Positions 38,759 to 53,784 are shown, counted from the stretch's first letter. The stretch: 64,000 nucleotides of DNA from Eledone cirrhosa (GCA_964016885.1 OZ024740.1:381424001-381488000), one strand, 5' to 3'. Notes: generated by a model not told the origin, from the letters alone. Made by a program: numbers and translations.

Positions 38759-38821
38759 AATTGAAAGGTAAATGTAAGAATAGTGTAGAATCTACACTAT
38801 TCTTACATTTACCTTTCAATT
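38759..38821. repeat. Perfect 63-bp palindrome (31-bp arms)
   Basis: AATTGAAAGGTAAATGTAAGAATAGTGTAGA-A-TCTACACTATTCTTACATTTACCTTTCAATT. Confidence 0.95.
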
Positions 38822-38961
38822 TCTCTTTCATTTTCTCTCACTTTCTTTTCGGAATTCACTTTTTCTCGTTCTATTTCCTTTCGATCCTTTCTCACAACAT
38901 TTGTCTCTGCCTGTCTGTATGTATGTATGTGTATGTATGTAAGCATGTGTTGATGTATTTA

Positions 38962-39011
<50 letters not shown>

Positions 39012-39160
39012 TTTGCATTTATGTATGTGGGTGTGTATCTATGTATATAGTTATGCTTGTATATATCTAAACATGTATGTACGCATATATCGTACGACGG
39101 TGAACAAACTGATTGAGAAATGAATAATGCGACGGCTATCATCTGACAAGTTGAAGCAAT

Positions 39161-39199
<39 letters not shown>

Positions 39200-39203
39200 A
39201 ACA

Positions 39204-39261
<58 letters not shown>

Positions 39262-40514
39262 AAGGTATGTGTGTGGTATATATTTTAAGCAAATTTTGTT
39301 TTGAAACTATCGAAGGAATATCTTGGTGTATAATTTCCCTATGTGTGAAACGAATCAACTGAAAGAGGTCTAAAACAGTGTAAACCAGTGTAAACCAGTC
39401 TCAATGATTTCTCCAATCAGCCAGTTAACAATAGCACGCATGACAAAATACGAACCTTGGAGTAGAGAATAGAATTGCCATCTACAATACATAGTAGACG
39501 TCAATAAAAACAATGCGGCAGTATGGCCATATATATGACGATTTGAACATTTTGCGTATGTGTTTTATATGAGTATTTTGGTCTGTTTTTATGTTTGTCT
39601 GATAGTGTAATACTGTTCTGTGAGAACCTATCTATATATGTGATTGGGTTGTTACTTTTACATGTGTAGATGTCTGCATGTGTGTGTATATGAGTATTTT
39701 TTTCTGATTCTGTTTTGTATATACACAAGAATGTATGAATTTAGATTTATATATCTAAACGTTTACTTGGACAAGTGTATACGTTTGTATGCGTGTGAAT
39801 GTTTTCAATGTTTATGTGTTTATGTATGGATATCTATAATACAAACATTAATAAACACAAAGAGGAGGCAGAATTGATAGAAAGTTCCACAAGATATGTT
39901 GTGGTACTTTATTACATATCATTACGTTATGAGTTGAAATCCCGGTCATGTTCCAGATAGGTTTCATCCTTCCGAAGTAGGTAAAATAAACACTGGGCTC
40001 TATGTAACCATTTTATTGTAGAACAGTTACGAGTATTTGGAGATTGCTATTACTCGTGATGAAGAGGACATGTGTGGTCTTCCTTTATTAGCTATGCTTT
40101 CCCACAGCTTGTCTTTTGGCTTATCTCCTGTTCTGTTATTACTATTGAGATCAGCATAAATTAAATAAGAAGTTTTGGAATCTAGAACCCTATTAGTGGC
40201 TCACAGCTGAGGAATAGTGAACAGAATGATATACCCTTTTGGATTAAGTAATTGCATAATCCTCTCTAATCTTTCACTGCACATTTACATGACGCCAGGA
40301 TGTCACCCTTACCTATATTTTTCTAATGTATCCCGTCGGGATTGTCTGATCCCTATTTTTCTATCTAAATGTTCAAGATCTTCCTTTATCTCGTACCATG
40401 ATGGTTACTGCTCTTGAGCTTTGGCCACTGATGGCGTTAATATTTGTTATTTTAGCATTCTCCTTAATCGCCCGATTTCTTTTTCTTCTTCTTCTTCTTC
40501 TTCTTCTTCTTCAT

Positions 40515-40725
40515 TGGCGGTGGATTGGTAGTATAGGTAGAGCGTCGGACATTATGCTTTGCAGTATAGAGTTACGGCCCTTTACGTTCTGGGTTCAAAT
40601 CAAGGTTAGCTTTGCCTTTCATCGTTACGAGGTTGATAGAATAAAGTATCAATAACGCACTGGGGTCGATTTAATCGACTTTCTTCTTCCCCCAAAAATG
40701 CTCGCCTTGAGCCTAAAGTAGAAAA
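40515..40725 (+). mobile_element. SINE family A
   Basis: Matches the consensus. Confidence 0.8.
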
Positions 40726-42009
40726 AATGTTGTTGTTGTTTTTGTTGGTGTTGTTTTTATTGAATTCATCGACCGACTCAAATGATAGATATCACGATCC
40801 ACTGATGATCTTTGCTGTCGAGCAAAGACCCCCAACGTAAAAATGACTTCACCATAAAGCCTGGCTGTCTTTTTCGAAGCCAAAAAATATTTCACCTCCC
40901 AATAAATACTAACTTTCTACAAATTTAAGACGAGAACCACGATGGATTGTATCCCCACATCTGATGGTATACTGCTGGTAGATACAGAGAGATCTTAGAT
41001 TGCAACCAAAGGAACTCCCTCGACTTATTGGTATGTGTTCACTCTCTAACTCACTTTAATTTCTGGCCTACAAATGTATTGTCTCTTCTCTATGTTGAAT
41101 TCAGAACGAAGAAAGCCAGATTAAGTCAGTGTGTGAGTTTGGTAGTAGTGGTGATGGCGGGGGTGGCGGGGATGGTGGTGGCGCTGTGTCAGAGTTTATA
41201 ACGGGGTCCTAAATCAAAAACCAAGTTATTGTATTGGTTTATAATTATATTTGTGGATCCAGGTGCATATTTCAAGGATCATTTATATAGATCATCTAGC
41301 TATTTATATATATCTATTAAATACTATTTTCTAATATTATATAAATTTATTTATGTGGTCTAATGCTGAAAATGTGATTACGTGATTTTAAAAGTTTCGT
41401 CTGTGCTATAACTCTAGCTTAATGGTAAAATGTTAAAGTAGAAACTGTACTCAATGTTTCTAAGAAATTTCGATTTGATTTAATGCGTATGGTTAGCATA
41501 ACGCCGCCTGTAATATATTAGTAATAATCTGATTCGTTCAACCGCTCTTATTTATGAGAAAAATAATAATTAAACTCAAATATTTTATGGCAAGTTTAAT
41601 ACATTGAAATACAAAAGTTGACGCGAAAGTCTATTAGTTAGTATCCAACAAAAATGAGGGAAGTCTGCCTATTTACTGATGCCATTCAATTTGATTATTG
41701 TTATTGTAATATAAAGTGTATTGAACATTCTCAAACACCCAGTAGTGCATTAAATTTGAAGTCTGTACACAAAGCAGGTGCAGAATCATTCAGAATTGAT
41801 ATCTCGCAAGAATTTAATTTTAAGTTATAATGGATCTCGGAAATATTCTAAATATTGGATCACCCCTAAACAGCCCGTCATACATAAAACTTAAAAGCAG
41901 TATAGTACTATAGTAATAAAGCTACAAAATTAATCCGGCACTGAATAAACACTTCAAGACATTTTATCTCGCATGTTACCGATTTTGCTATCATTAATAG
42001 AAGGAGAAA

Positions 42010-42990
42010 ATGTATTATATCGACCCCAGTCATCAACTGATATTTTATTTTATCGAACCCGGAAGGATGAAAAGTAAATTTGTCTTTCGCGGAATTTGAA
42101 CTTAGATCGTGGATAGATACTTCAACACATTATATCCGATCTCTACTGAAAATGCAAGTTCACCGCTGTCACTGATTAATAATTGTTTCTACTTTTGGCA
42201 CAAGGCCAGCAAATTACCCAGTGTATTACTGGTACTTTATTTTATCGACCCCGTAAGGATGAAAGGCAAAGTTAATTGTTTCTTATATAGGCACAAGGTC
42301 AGCAATTAGGGAATAGGGGAAAGTCGATTAAATCGACCCCAGTGCGTGAATGGTACTTTATTTTATCGACCCGTAAGGATGAAAGGCAAAGTTAACATCA
42401 GCGGGATTTGAACTCAGAATGTAAAGGGCCATAACTCTATGCTGCCAATCATGGTTTCTGTCTTTTCTAAAACTTAAGGCTGATTTGGTTACTATTTCCA
42501 GCTGGTCGAGTGACCACATATATGTTTCCTCGTTTATTCGAGAGAATTCTGAGTAATACTGCAAGACGTTTTCTGCATCTACCAACGACAACTATAAACA
42601 ATGATTTCTAATTTGGACAGACCAGCAATTTATAGGGAGAGGAAACGCGATTATATCGATCCTAGTACTTTAATGGTACTTTATTTAATCGACCCCGGAA
42701 GGACGAAAGGCAAAATTAATCTAGGCGGCATTAGAACTCAGAATGTAAAGAGCCAGAATAAATACTGGAAAGAAAACTTATACGACACTAACAATTCTGC
42801 TAACCCCCATCCTAGTAACAATAAATAATTGTTTCTACTTTTGGCACAAGGCGAACAATTACCTAGTGCATTACTGGTACTTTATTTTATCGATCCGTAA
42901 GGATGAAAGGCAAAGTTAACCTCGACGGGATTTGAACTCAAACCGTAAAGGGACGTAAGTATGCTTCAAGCATGGCGTCCGACCCTCGAC
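42010..42990 (-). mobile_element. Cluster of about five co-oriented SINE family A copies/fragments
   Basis: Copies at ~42010-42170, 42178-42275, 42275-42450, 42600-42810 and 42825-42990. Confidence 0.8.
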
Positions 42991-45464
42991 AGCTATTGTG
43001 TATCGGTAAATATATTGATGAATTTTCTATTTGTTTCGGCGTTGAGTGTTTCAGTTGTTAGATCAACGGAAACAGCCTGCTATAGAAATTAGCGTGTCTG
43101 TGGGTGAGTGTTCCACTAACATAATTTTTAAGCAGATTCAGCAAGATACAGTGTGCGATATGGACGGATGTTTGAATTACAAGTACATACCATCTAACGG
43201 ACCCCCATACTATTTCCGTATATCCCATATTACGTTCAAGTCTAGGGTTAACACGAGTTTATCGTAAGAAAAAAAAAAAAAACGAAAAAAGAAACATGCG
43301 TTAGATTCCATGTAAGGGATTTGAAAGTGGAACCGCATGATTCCAAAGGGAACTCAGCTAATAGGAGAGCATCTTTCTCCTTTTCTTCTCATAACTCGCA
43401 CCATACTAACCGTTCTCATTTCTCAACGATTTCTAAGTTAGTCCTAATTACCACTTAACATTTTTCACTTTTCAATAAATTATGAAGTTTATCTTAGTGC
43501 TATTTCCTTCACCCAATTTTCAATTTATCAGAAAGTTACTCAGAGACGCTGTTCTTTTGGAAGTAATCAAAGACACACGAGAAGTAAATGAAATTGTCGA
43601 ATTTTGTTTAATTTTCCCTAGCAAAGTTGCGTAAACTGATAATGTACCTCTGTATTAGAAAAAAAAAAAAAATGAAATGAATTTTTGTAGATATGTAGAA
43701 GTTGGCAACTGAAATGTTTCGGTAATTTGTACTTTAATGACGCCAACAAATGCAATACAAATGTGATTATGTTATTATCTATTAGAAAATGTATATTGCT
43801 TGTGTCTCTCGTAAAATAGATTCTTTCCAATGTTTTGAGTAATATGATAAAGATACTTCCCAGAAGTATAGAAATCATAAAGTTGACGTTTAACCAAGGA
43901 TGCGGAGTGGAAACATTGAACGACATACGAATCTCGCCTGTCTAAGATATCAGTCCTTCAGAAGAAAAATTTGCAGAAACAATACCAAAACAACAGTCAG
44001 ACTCACAGAGGTACACAGGCATGCGTACACACTTGCACACACGCATGTACACACTTATACACTCGGATACATATAATGAAGACCCGAGTACGAGATTAGT
44101 AAAAATTCATATATTTTTAAAAATATCTATTTCGGTTGTTGATTTGTGAATTTATAATGTTTGCACAGCGAAATCTACCACGAGCCAGCCATGCGGCCTC
44201 TATGCATATTGTTTTACCTACTAGAAATAGCAGTCATATATCCCTCAAATCACACGCAACTGTCAATAAAGAACGTCTTGAAAAAAGTGATGCTGGTTTT
44301 TTTTAAAGACTCCTTCTAATAAACACCACCTATATACGTATATATATATATTATGTATATATAAGGAAAAGAATTGAAAATGCAGCGGGAGTCTTTTACT
44401 TAACCGATTCTACAGTTCTTATGATTATCAAAAGTAAAATTGAGATGGAGGGTTTGGGTATCCGTTGTGGTTTATCTCGTGTGGGACATCTCTTTTTTTA
44501 AAAAAAAAAAACCCACTCATTTTCTTTATATATATATATATATATTACTATTAATGTTATTAATGTTATAATATATTTATTAGTATTTCAAAGTTATTAC
44601 CAAACGAAAATTCTAAAAGTCTAAAGTCTGTCTTAAGCCAGAAGGCTCATTTGGCCGGTGCTTATCCCGGTTTCATGGCGTGAAGCGACTGAGAGTACAA
44701 TACTTCCCCCTGAATAAATATGTATTTCTTGTAAATGACAAACGTTGAACCTTCTGTTTCGTCTTTACAGCGTAAAACCAAATACATGATGCACCGCTTT
44801 CTTTGTTTTTAATTTTGGTCTTTGAAAAATATTGGATATTATAAATTATGTATTAACTTTAGCTGTAATTAACTGTTAATATATACGTGTAAATCCACTA
44901 ACGGAGTAGAGGCCAACGTAATACCAGATAAAGTTGGGAGTGTCTAAGTGGCTACTCGACCTGCTAGAAATAGCAGTACGATTTCACATAACAAAACCAT
45001 ACTATCCTAAAATGGGATGGACAACGTAGTTATAGATGTAGGAAAATACAGGATGGTTAAATATCTGATCGATTTGTGTTGATGAGGCATTAAACAATAT
45101 ACTCTCCATGGTTCTTTTCAGTGGCTGATAATACCTTACCGGCTCCACTCGAATAAAGTAACTATTTAACCCATCAATGGGGCCCTAACAAGTACTACTA
45201 TCGGGCCAGAGCAGCCTTGGGAGTTATGAAAACTAAGGAGTAGCTCCACATTCTCCACAGCTCCTGAAGTCCCGACCCGAAGCCCTGCCACTGGATGTAG
45301 TTTAATGACGACCGCAAAATCACGCCTAGCAAACAATAGAAATGGAAACCGTATCATTTGGATTTAAAAGAGCAAAGTTTTCTTTGCATGTGTTGCCCCC
45401 CACTAAAAAAGACAGAAGTTAAAAATCATAAAGAGAAATAAATAAACCGGTATTTGATAGCAAT

Positions 45465-45655
45465 CGCGGTTTCTAATTTAGCACAAGGCCGGCAATCTTA
45501 GGTGAAGTGTGGATCGATTAAATCTACCCCAGTACTTGACAGGCACATTATTTTCTTGAACCCGGAAGGATGAAAATCAAAGTTGACCCTATGGGATTAG
45601 AACTAAGAATATAAAAGATTTAGAATAAATGCTACAAATCTACCAACTCACCGCT
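45465..45655 (-). mobile_element. Degenerate SINE family A
   Basis: GCACAAGGCC..CCCGGAAGGATGAAA. Confidence 0.65.
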
Positions 45656-47099
45656 GTAATCAGATAAATAATAATGACAATGTAAGTAAAGAACTGGATA
45701 TTAATCCTTATGAACATTTATAGAAGATTATACATGTACACGAGAGGAATATATTTACTTGCTACATGTATATTTTACAGTTACAATAACTTCCTTAACA
45801 TAATACACGAATAGTAATCCCACATTATACGAATAATATTGCTGAGAATATAACCTTGATCAATCTTAGCATTGTGTCGGAGAGAAACCCTGTCTACAAT
45901 GAAGAACAAAGACAGGTCTCCTGTACAAGACTGCTGCATGTCGATCTTGTTAACAGTTGCAGTTTTCACACCACATTGTACCAACGATGCTCTGGCAGGA
46001 TATGACCACTGAACACATTTTTAGTTGTTTCTAATAACGTCGATTGTTTTACGTAAAATGTTCCGAATAATATCAACAATAATGATGATACTCTACACAA
46101 TATATCATAAAATGTTAAAAGGACTATGTTTTACGAACCACATTTTGATACAGATAAAATTATATCTTAATAATATCTGCAGCTGGAAAAAAAGCAAATA
46201 TACATGTTAAGATCGTAGGATTTAGATCAAATACTGTATATACTCCTACAGAGGATAATATCAAAGCAATACAAGTGTATGGTCCTCACGACTGATCATT
46301 AGACAAATAATGTTTCTTCGTTAATATCTCAATATCAATATATTCACAAAAAGAGAAATAGAAAAATTACCGAAATGTACAGACAGAGAAACAATATATC
46401 AGAATGTAAGAATTAAAAACTGAAAGAAATGCATAAAGCTCTAAAAAAGCAAGGCAAATAAATGTATAATTAAGAAACAAGGTTTATACACATATACACG
46501 TACCACTCAGCATATATGCACTACAGGGTAATGGTCTATCAGATATCACAGAATATTATGTTAACAGTAAGCACAAACAACACATATGAAAAACGAGCAG
46601 AGATACACTTAATTATATAGAAAAAGCACACAGCAATAACAAACTTACATATATAACGATAATACTTTGTTTGCAAATATAAATGCGGAAATCAATTATA
46701 TTGACATTAAAATACGTCGGAAAGGGAAAAATTAATATTTTCGTTTTAAGAATCTTCTTGTATTAGAGAAAAAAGAGAAAAAAATCCTACAAAAAAAACA
46801 AAAACAAAAACAAAAAAAAACATTAAATAAAAATAAAGCAAAGAACAACCACATTGAGAGATTTGGAGGAATAGAGAAATTGGCATGAAATTACTTTGTT
46901 AAAAATTTGTTCTTTGAAGTTTGGAAGAATGATTTATATTCGTGTCGAAATTTGACTAATATACTTAGTCTGGAAATACTTATTCAAATATCTTATATTG
47001 AGCTCCTCGCAACCTCTCAACAGAATCGTATATAGTTAAATGTTATCATGAGATCAATGTTCACTACATAAGATAAATAAAAAAGGAATTTTGATCGAT

Positions 47100-47162
<63 letters not shown>

Positions 47163-48028
47163 AGTGAGTGTATGTGAGTGAGTGTGTGTGTGTGTAAATA
47201 TGTGTCTAGGATGTAATTACACACACACACCACACACATATATATATATATATGTGTGGGAATATGCGTCTATGATTATAAATATAAATGTATAGGCACG
47301 CACACATATACACACATACACACACATATATATGTAATAGTAGGCACATATTCATATCTCTGACTATTGCGTCTGCACATTCAATCAGCACCGATGACTT
47401 CAATTCTATCTTTGATTGAATAATATTTCAATACTCATTTGCAAAAAATACATAAGCAGAGAATAAATGAATACATATCCGTTTGCACTAAATAATAGGA
47501 AAGGTGGTTTTTTCAAACATACATTTCTAAATGTTTGTGTGAGTAGGTGTCTGTAAATTCGTTTTACTGTAAACAGCGAAAGATCACCTAATCCTACCTT
47601 AATGTATCGAAGTCAGTGTTGTCCCATTTGTACAAAATTTATTAGATATTACAATTCTTTCGATATCGATCAGCTCAGGGTACAATCAAAACTACGGAGC
47701 CCCTACCCCTTTCGACATCTTGTCAGATATGCGAGTTTATATGTGCAAAGACACATGTGTCTTTGCACATATAAACTCGCATATAATTTTGATCGTACCC
47801 AGAGCTAATCGATGTCGAAACAATTGTAATATGCCAATAAAGTTTGTAAACCGACTTCGATTCTACTTAATCTATTTACACTCTTCACACTACAGCCACT
47901 TTTACTCTGGAATACAACTCACACGAGACAGACATGGTAACAGTATTGACTGCTAACACACACACACATACATACACATATATATATGGTATACTGTATG
48001 TATACGATACAGTATACGATAGTCTCTT

Positions 48029-48215
48029 ATAATTGTTTCTACTTTTGGCACAAGGCCAGCAATATCTCAGTACATTACTGGTACTTTATTTTATCGACCC
48101 CGTAAGGATGAAAGGCAAAGTTAACCTCGGCGGGATTTGAACTCAGACCGTTAAGGGACGTAACTGTGCTGGAAAGGATGTCGTCCGACTCTCCATCGAT
48201 ACTGCCAATCCACCG
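48029..48215 (-). mobile_element. SINE family A
   Basis: Matches the consensus. Confidence 0.85.
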
Positions 48216-48442
48216 TTCATATAATGTAATATAGTTTGTTGGAAAACGTCGATTTACGCACAACTTCCTTGCAATTAAAACATAACTTTCTTCAGGATTG
48301 TTTAAAATCTAAAGAGATATTAAACATTTCATAAATTATACACGGTAGAGTGTCACATATTTGAGTGGGGTTTATCTGACTAATTGCTAATGAATTCAAA
48401 CTTTTATTTGATTAGGAATACCTAAACTCTGTCTACGGAGAG

Positions 48443-48522
<80 letters not shown>

Positions 48523-48523
<1 letters not shown>

Positions 48524-48793
48524 CGAAGTAGTTTCAGATGTTCAAAAGTAGTTTCAGATGTTCAAATCCTTTAATAATAATGCTGTGATATATATTTCAT
48601 TGACGACACTGGCCACACTGTTCTGTGTGCGAGTGTCGTGTCATCATCAGACAGCTTGTTACATAATAAGGTTATGTTTCCGAGGCAATCCAAATTGGAT
48701 CGACAAGGGAACGGATGAATTGCGTGTTTTTGGGTTTCTGTATCGATCTTACCCGACTCTAAAATCGGCAGTTCGACGGACCCTTTAAAATGG
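48523..48793 (-). mobile_element. ~270-bp non-coding HHR-bearing PLE/retrozyme-like insert inside (TA)n
   Basis: Flanked by (TA)n at 48446-48522 and (TA)n(CA)n from 48794. Confidence 0.65.
48582..48655 (-). ncRNA. Type I hammerhead ribozyme
   Basis: - strand reads GCTGT CTGATGA TGAC ACGACACT..CACAC..GTGTG..AGTGTCGT CAAT GAAA TATATA TC ACAGC. Perfect stem I, long stem II, palindromic stem III, AUC site. Confidence 0.85.
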
Positions 48794-48802
48794 TATATAT
48801 AC

Positions 48803-48934
<132 letters not shown>

Positions 48935-49608
48935 TAAGTAAGAATATTTTCGAAACAGCGAGCAGGTTTGAAATTATTAGAAATGTTAGCTATCGCCGTA
49001 TTTTGACTAGAGAAATTAAAGAAATTATTTAGCCTGATAGTGGGGTTAAGAACCCTCGGAGAAATGGAAAAAGATGAGTATTGACGTACATATATATATA
49101 TTTATATATGGGACTACCCATGTAAATTCGAGTATTTGGAAAGTTGTTGATTGTGTCGGGATGTGATCGACTCATCAAACATGATCTGATCGATACCGAA
49201 ACAGTTGTAATACGCAATAAAGTTTCATTACAAGCTGCAAATCTAACTACTTATTCTCACTTTATATATACGCTCTGCAAACTAGAGCCACCTTATACGT
49301 GGAGAACAATCCAAAAGGAGAGACGGACCCAGTAACAGCATCGAGTGTTTCGACCAGCGTCGCCGCTACTATCCACAAGTTTATCATATATATATACAAA
49401 TTTATAAGTGTGAAGAAAAAATACACAAAAATTACTTAATTTTTCTTCGTAGTCCCGACTAAGAAGTTTCGCCGACTGGTGTGCAGCAAAGTAGAGTTAA
49501 AGTGCACCTAAGCTGTGAATTAGTCAGCCTGTGAAGAGTCCCCTTAGTGTAGGACAGATTCCCCGAACTGACCGCTACCATTTACAGTACCCTCCCAAAG
49601 TATAACAA

Positions 49609-49691
<83 letters not shown>

Positions 49692-49734
49692 CCACACATA
49701 TATATGTATATCTATCTATCTATTTATCTATCCA

Positions 49735-49851
<117 letters not shown>

Positions 49852-50103
49852 AGAAATTAAATGTTAGCGAAAATATGATCTGATCTCATCTTCAGAGATC
49901 ATATCATTGTTTTGTTATATTATCATTTGCTCTTGTCGATTATTTTTCATCTGTATGCGCTGGCTTCTGATATGATTTTTGAAACAATTGTTAGCCATTA
50001 AATATATTTGTTCAAGAATTTGGTATTGTTTCCTCTAACATTTAATTTCTATATTAATGCTCTACTTATACACTTTTTGCTTGACATTATTTCTCTTGCT
50101 TAC

Positions 50104-50284
50104 GGTGGATTGGCAGTATCGGTAGAGGGTCGGACGTCATGCTTTCCAGCATAGTTACGTCCCTTTACGATCTGAGTTCAAATCCCGCCGAGGTTGACTT
50201 TGCCTTTCATCCTTACGGGGTCGATAAAATAAAGTACCAGTAATGCACTGGGTAATTGCTGGCCTTGTGCCTAAAGTAGAAACA
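50104..50284 (+). mobile_element. Young SINE family A copy with 18-bp TSD
   Basis: tRNA-like head (GGATTGGCAGTATCGG, GAGTTCAAATCCC). TSD ATTATTTCTCTTGCTTAC at 50086-50103 and 50285-50302. Confidence 0.92.
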
Positions 50285-50503
50285 ATTATTTCTCTTGCTT
50301 ACTTACATTGTTCATTTGTCTTGCATCTTATACGCTTTGAGCACACTGTCCCCATCACTACAAGCATATAATTCTCACAACTAATCTCCTATCTTTTATC
50401 TCCCCCTCTCCTTGATTAGTCTGTAAGCATAATTTTGATTAATATACATGGAAGCATTTATGAATATCTCTCTATATAAATAAATAAATATATAAATAAA
50501 TAA

Positions 50504-50584
<81 letters not shown>

Positions 50585-50588
50585 TGTT

Positions 50589-50619
<31 letters not shown>

Positions 50620-50686
50620 GTGTCTGTGTGTATGTATATGTATATATACTATACATATTTATACATACGTATATATACATATATAT

Positions 50687-50762
<76 letters not shown>

Positions 50763-51279
50763 ACACACAAACACGCGCACATACAAAAATGCACCCACTT
50801 ATGTATGGTTATATGCATAAAGTCTATTAAAATCCAGTATAACTCGGTAAATGATTGAAATAAACTGAAATATCAAAAAGGCTTTTTAACGATAGTCTAT
50901 AGAGATGAAATACCATTAATGAGTATAGTAGAGAAGACACATTTTTTTCTAATGCCGCAACATGAAAAAGCTCAAAGCACTTTGAAAATGGCAATCCCAA
51001 TGAATAGGGAAATACAAGTATTTTTATAGAAATAAAAATATCTATATCAACAACAGTAGCTACAGTAAGAACAACAACAAGAACAGCAATAGTAAAAATA
51101 ACAGCAATGCCAACAACAACAGCAACAACAGTAACAACAACTGCAGAAACTCAACAGAGAATGGAAATATAGGTGTTTCCATAATAACAACACAAACTTT
51201 TATTCTCATTAAATTGAACTAAAGAACATTAAACATAATCAATGAATCGTTGGCAGCTTTCCTTCATCAACGTTATATG

Positions 51280-52005
51280 ATGATAATGATAATGATGATG
51301 ATGATGATAATGTTGATGATGATGATAATGATGATGATGTATATGTATATGTGGGTGTGTGTTTGATACACATCAGACTAAATTCTTAATGATGATGATC
51401 ATGATGATGATAGTGTGTGTGTGGGTGTGTGTGTGTGTGCGTGTGTGTGTGTTTGTGTGGTGTACGTTTCTGATATATATGGGACTCAATTTTGACTGAT
51501 GATGATGATGATGATAGTGATTGTGATAATGATAAGGCAATCATCATAATCGCCATCTCTCTTCACTTATCTACTTCCTCCACCACGACTACATCACTAT
51601 TATCAACATCAACATCATGAACACCACCATCATCATCACCACCACCATCAGCATCATCATCACCACCATCATCAGCATCACATTCACCATCATCATCATC
51701 AACACTACCACCACCACCACCATCATCATCACCATCATCACCATCAAGATCGTCATCAACACCATCATCATTATCAACACTACCACCACCACCACCACCA
51801 CCACGATCATCATCACCATTATCATCATCATCATCACCATCATCACCACTATCGACATCAACATCCTCAACACTACCACCGCCATCACCATCATTACCAT
51901 CACCCCATCACCCCATCATCATCATTCTCCTCGTCACCACCACTACCATCATCATCATCATCATTATCCTCGGCACCACCATCATCATCATCTCCACCAT
52001 AATCA
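51280..52005. repeat. (GAT)n and (CAT/CAC)n low-complexity tracts
   Basis: Direct reading. Confidence 0.9.
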
Positions 52006-52134
52006 GTATTATCATTCCAGCAGTCAAGTAGTAATTGCTTTCATATACTTACACACCATTATGCTCACTGGTGTCTTTTCATCGGGATCATTATCCCAAA
52101 TCTTCTTCTTCTTCTTCTTCTTCTTACTAATAAT

Positions 52135-52315
52135 TGTTTCTACTTTAGGCACAAGGCCAGCAATTACCCAGTACATTACTGGTACTTTATTTTATCTACC
52201 CCGTAAGGATGAAAGGCAAAGTCAACCTCGGCGGAATTTGAACTCAGATCGTAAAGGGACGTAACTATGCTGCAAAGCATGGCGTCCGACCCTCTACCGA
52301 TACTGCCAATCCACC
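52135..52315 (-). mobile_element. Young SINE family A copy with 10-bp TSD
   Basis: TACTAATAAT at 52125-34 and 52316-25. Confidence 0.9.
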
Positions 52316-53164
52316 TACTAATAATAACTTCAGAATACCATAGCCATCAATAATATCTTCTCCACCATCTTTTACTTCTCTTCATTCTTCTTATTATTCA
52401 CTTAATAGTCTTCACCATTATCATTACGACTGTGATGATGATAATCATCATCATCATCCCACCATCATCGTCATTTTCATCACATTTTTTCTTTCTTTTT
52501 TACTTCTTTTTATTGACATTTCTATTGATGTGTTACTTAGCTTACGAAAAGATGCAGGATTTCTTTTGTATTCTGAAGTAGAAACGTTTTATACATTTAG
52601 TAGACGAGGTGGGCGGAAATATTTGTTTAATTTCGATATCGTAGTTGGTAAGATGGTTTCAATAGAAAATGCATTTGTTGAAGCATCAATTCCGGGTAAG
52701 AAAAATGTAATAATATTATTAACTATAGTATAGTTTGACACAAACAAAGACAGATCCAGAGAGTTAGTGTAGTTTAGAATAGTAGGTAACTACATAGCGG
52801 TGGTTGAAAAGTTAAAGAAAGAAACCAAATATCGAATGAAGACTTGTATATCAAGCGTACTTAATTTACTTTCATACATTCAATATGTATTTATATACGT
52901 ATGATTTTTTGTACGTACGTATGTCTTCATGTTTTCACGTGTGTGAGGTTTTGCTTTTGTTTAAGCTTGTGTATATTGAAGGTCCGTAGCAAGGGGAGTA
53001 CCCTTATGCTGAGTATATTTACATAGGTTAGCAGTAGCATTGACTTACCATGGTTCATTATAGAGGCATATATAATGCATATGTATATGCAAGAGTTTTA
53101 TAAATAATAAACCAACATAAGTATCATCGTGGGTATTTAAAGCTAGTATTTCAGGATTTGTATC

Positions 53165-53497
53165 AATCGGATGTTATACGAGATGCTGAGAATGGCTCTC
53201 AGCATTTCTTGGAAACAGAAGCTGACAAATAAAGAACTATACAGATCACTACCACCAGTTTCAGAAAGAATTGCCTGCCGACGAGTGAAACAGAAGAGAT
53301 AGCATCTCAACTTGTGTTCTGGAAACCGGCGGCCAGACGAAGAATCGTGGGAAGACAGGCCGTCTCATTCATTGATACCCTGCTGAGAGATGCCAACATC
53401 GATAACATTGACGAACTGAGAAATGTCATGCTCGACCGGGACGATTGGAGAAAGCGTTCTGAACCTTTGTGAGTGTAAACTCGGCCGACAAGACAAG
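53165..53497 (+). mobile_element. RTE-type LINE 3' fragment
   Basis: GCYTR/MLRMALSISWKQKLTNKELYRSLPPVSERIACRR, with an (ACAAG)2 tail. Confidence 0.75.
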
Positions 53498-53784
53498 TAT
53501 CATTCTTCAGTAACTCATTCGGTACTAAGCCAAAGTAAGCCCTAGCTTATATAGATGTTGCTGACGATACATTTACGGAGATGAATAAAATCCTCGAAAC
53601 ACAAAGTTTGGGGTTCTCATGCTGTTACCGAGTGAGATTTTTGTATGTTTGTAATACATAAACAAATTGTACATGCTTCTATGTACACTTCTATAATGAA
53701 CCATGCTATGTTAGTGCTACAGCTAATGAAGACCATATGAAAAATATTTCTTTAAATGTATTGTCTGCAATACATTTGAGTAAA

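Noticed and set aside
40802-40835. CTGATGA followed by a TCTTTGCT/AGCAAAGA hairpin
   Set aside because: No GAAA core or stem III afterwards.
45780-46010. Possible exon after TTTTACAG
   Set aside because: Stops occur in all frames soon after the acceptor, and no homology was recognised.
50104-50190. tRNA gene
   Set aside because: The A/B boxes belong to a SINE head and no full cloverleaf forms.
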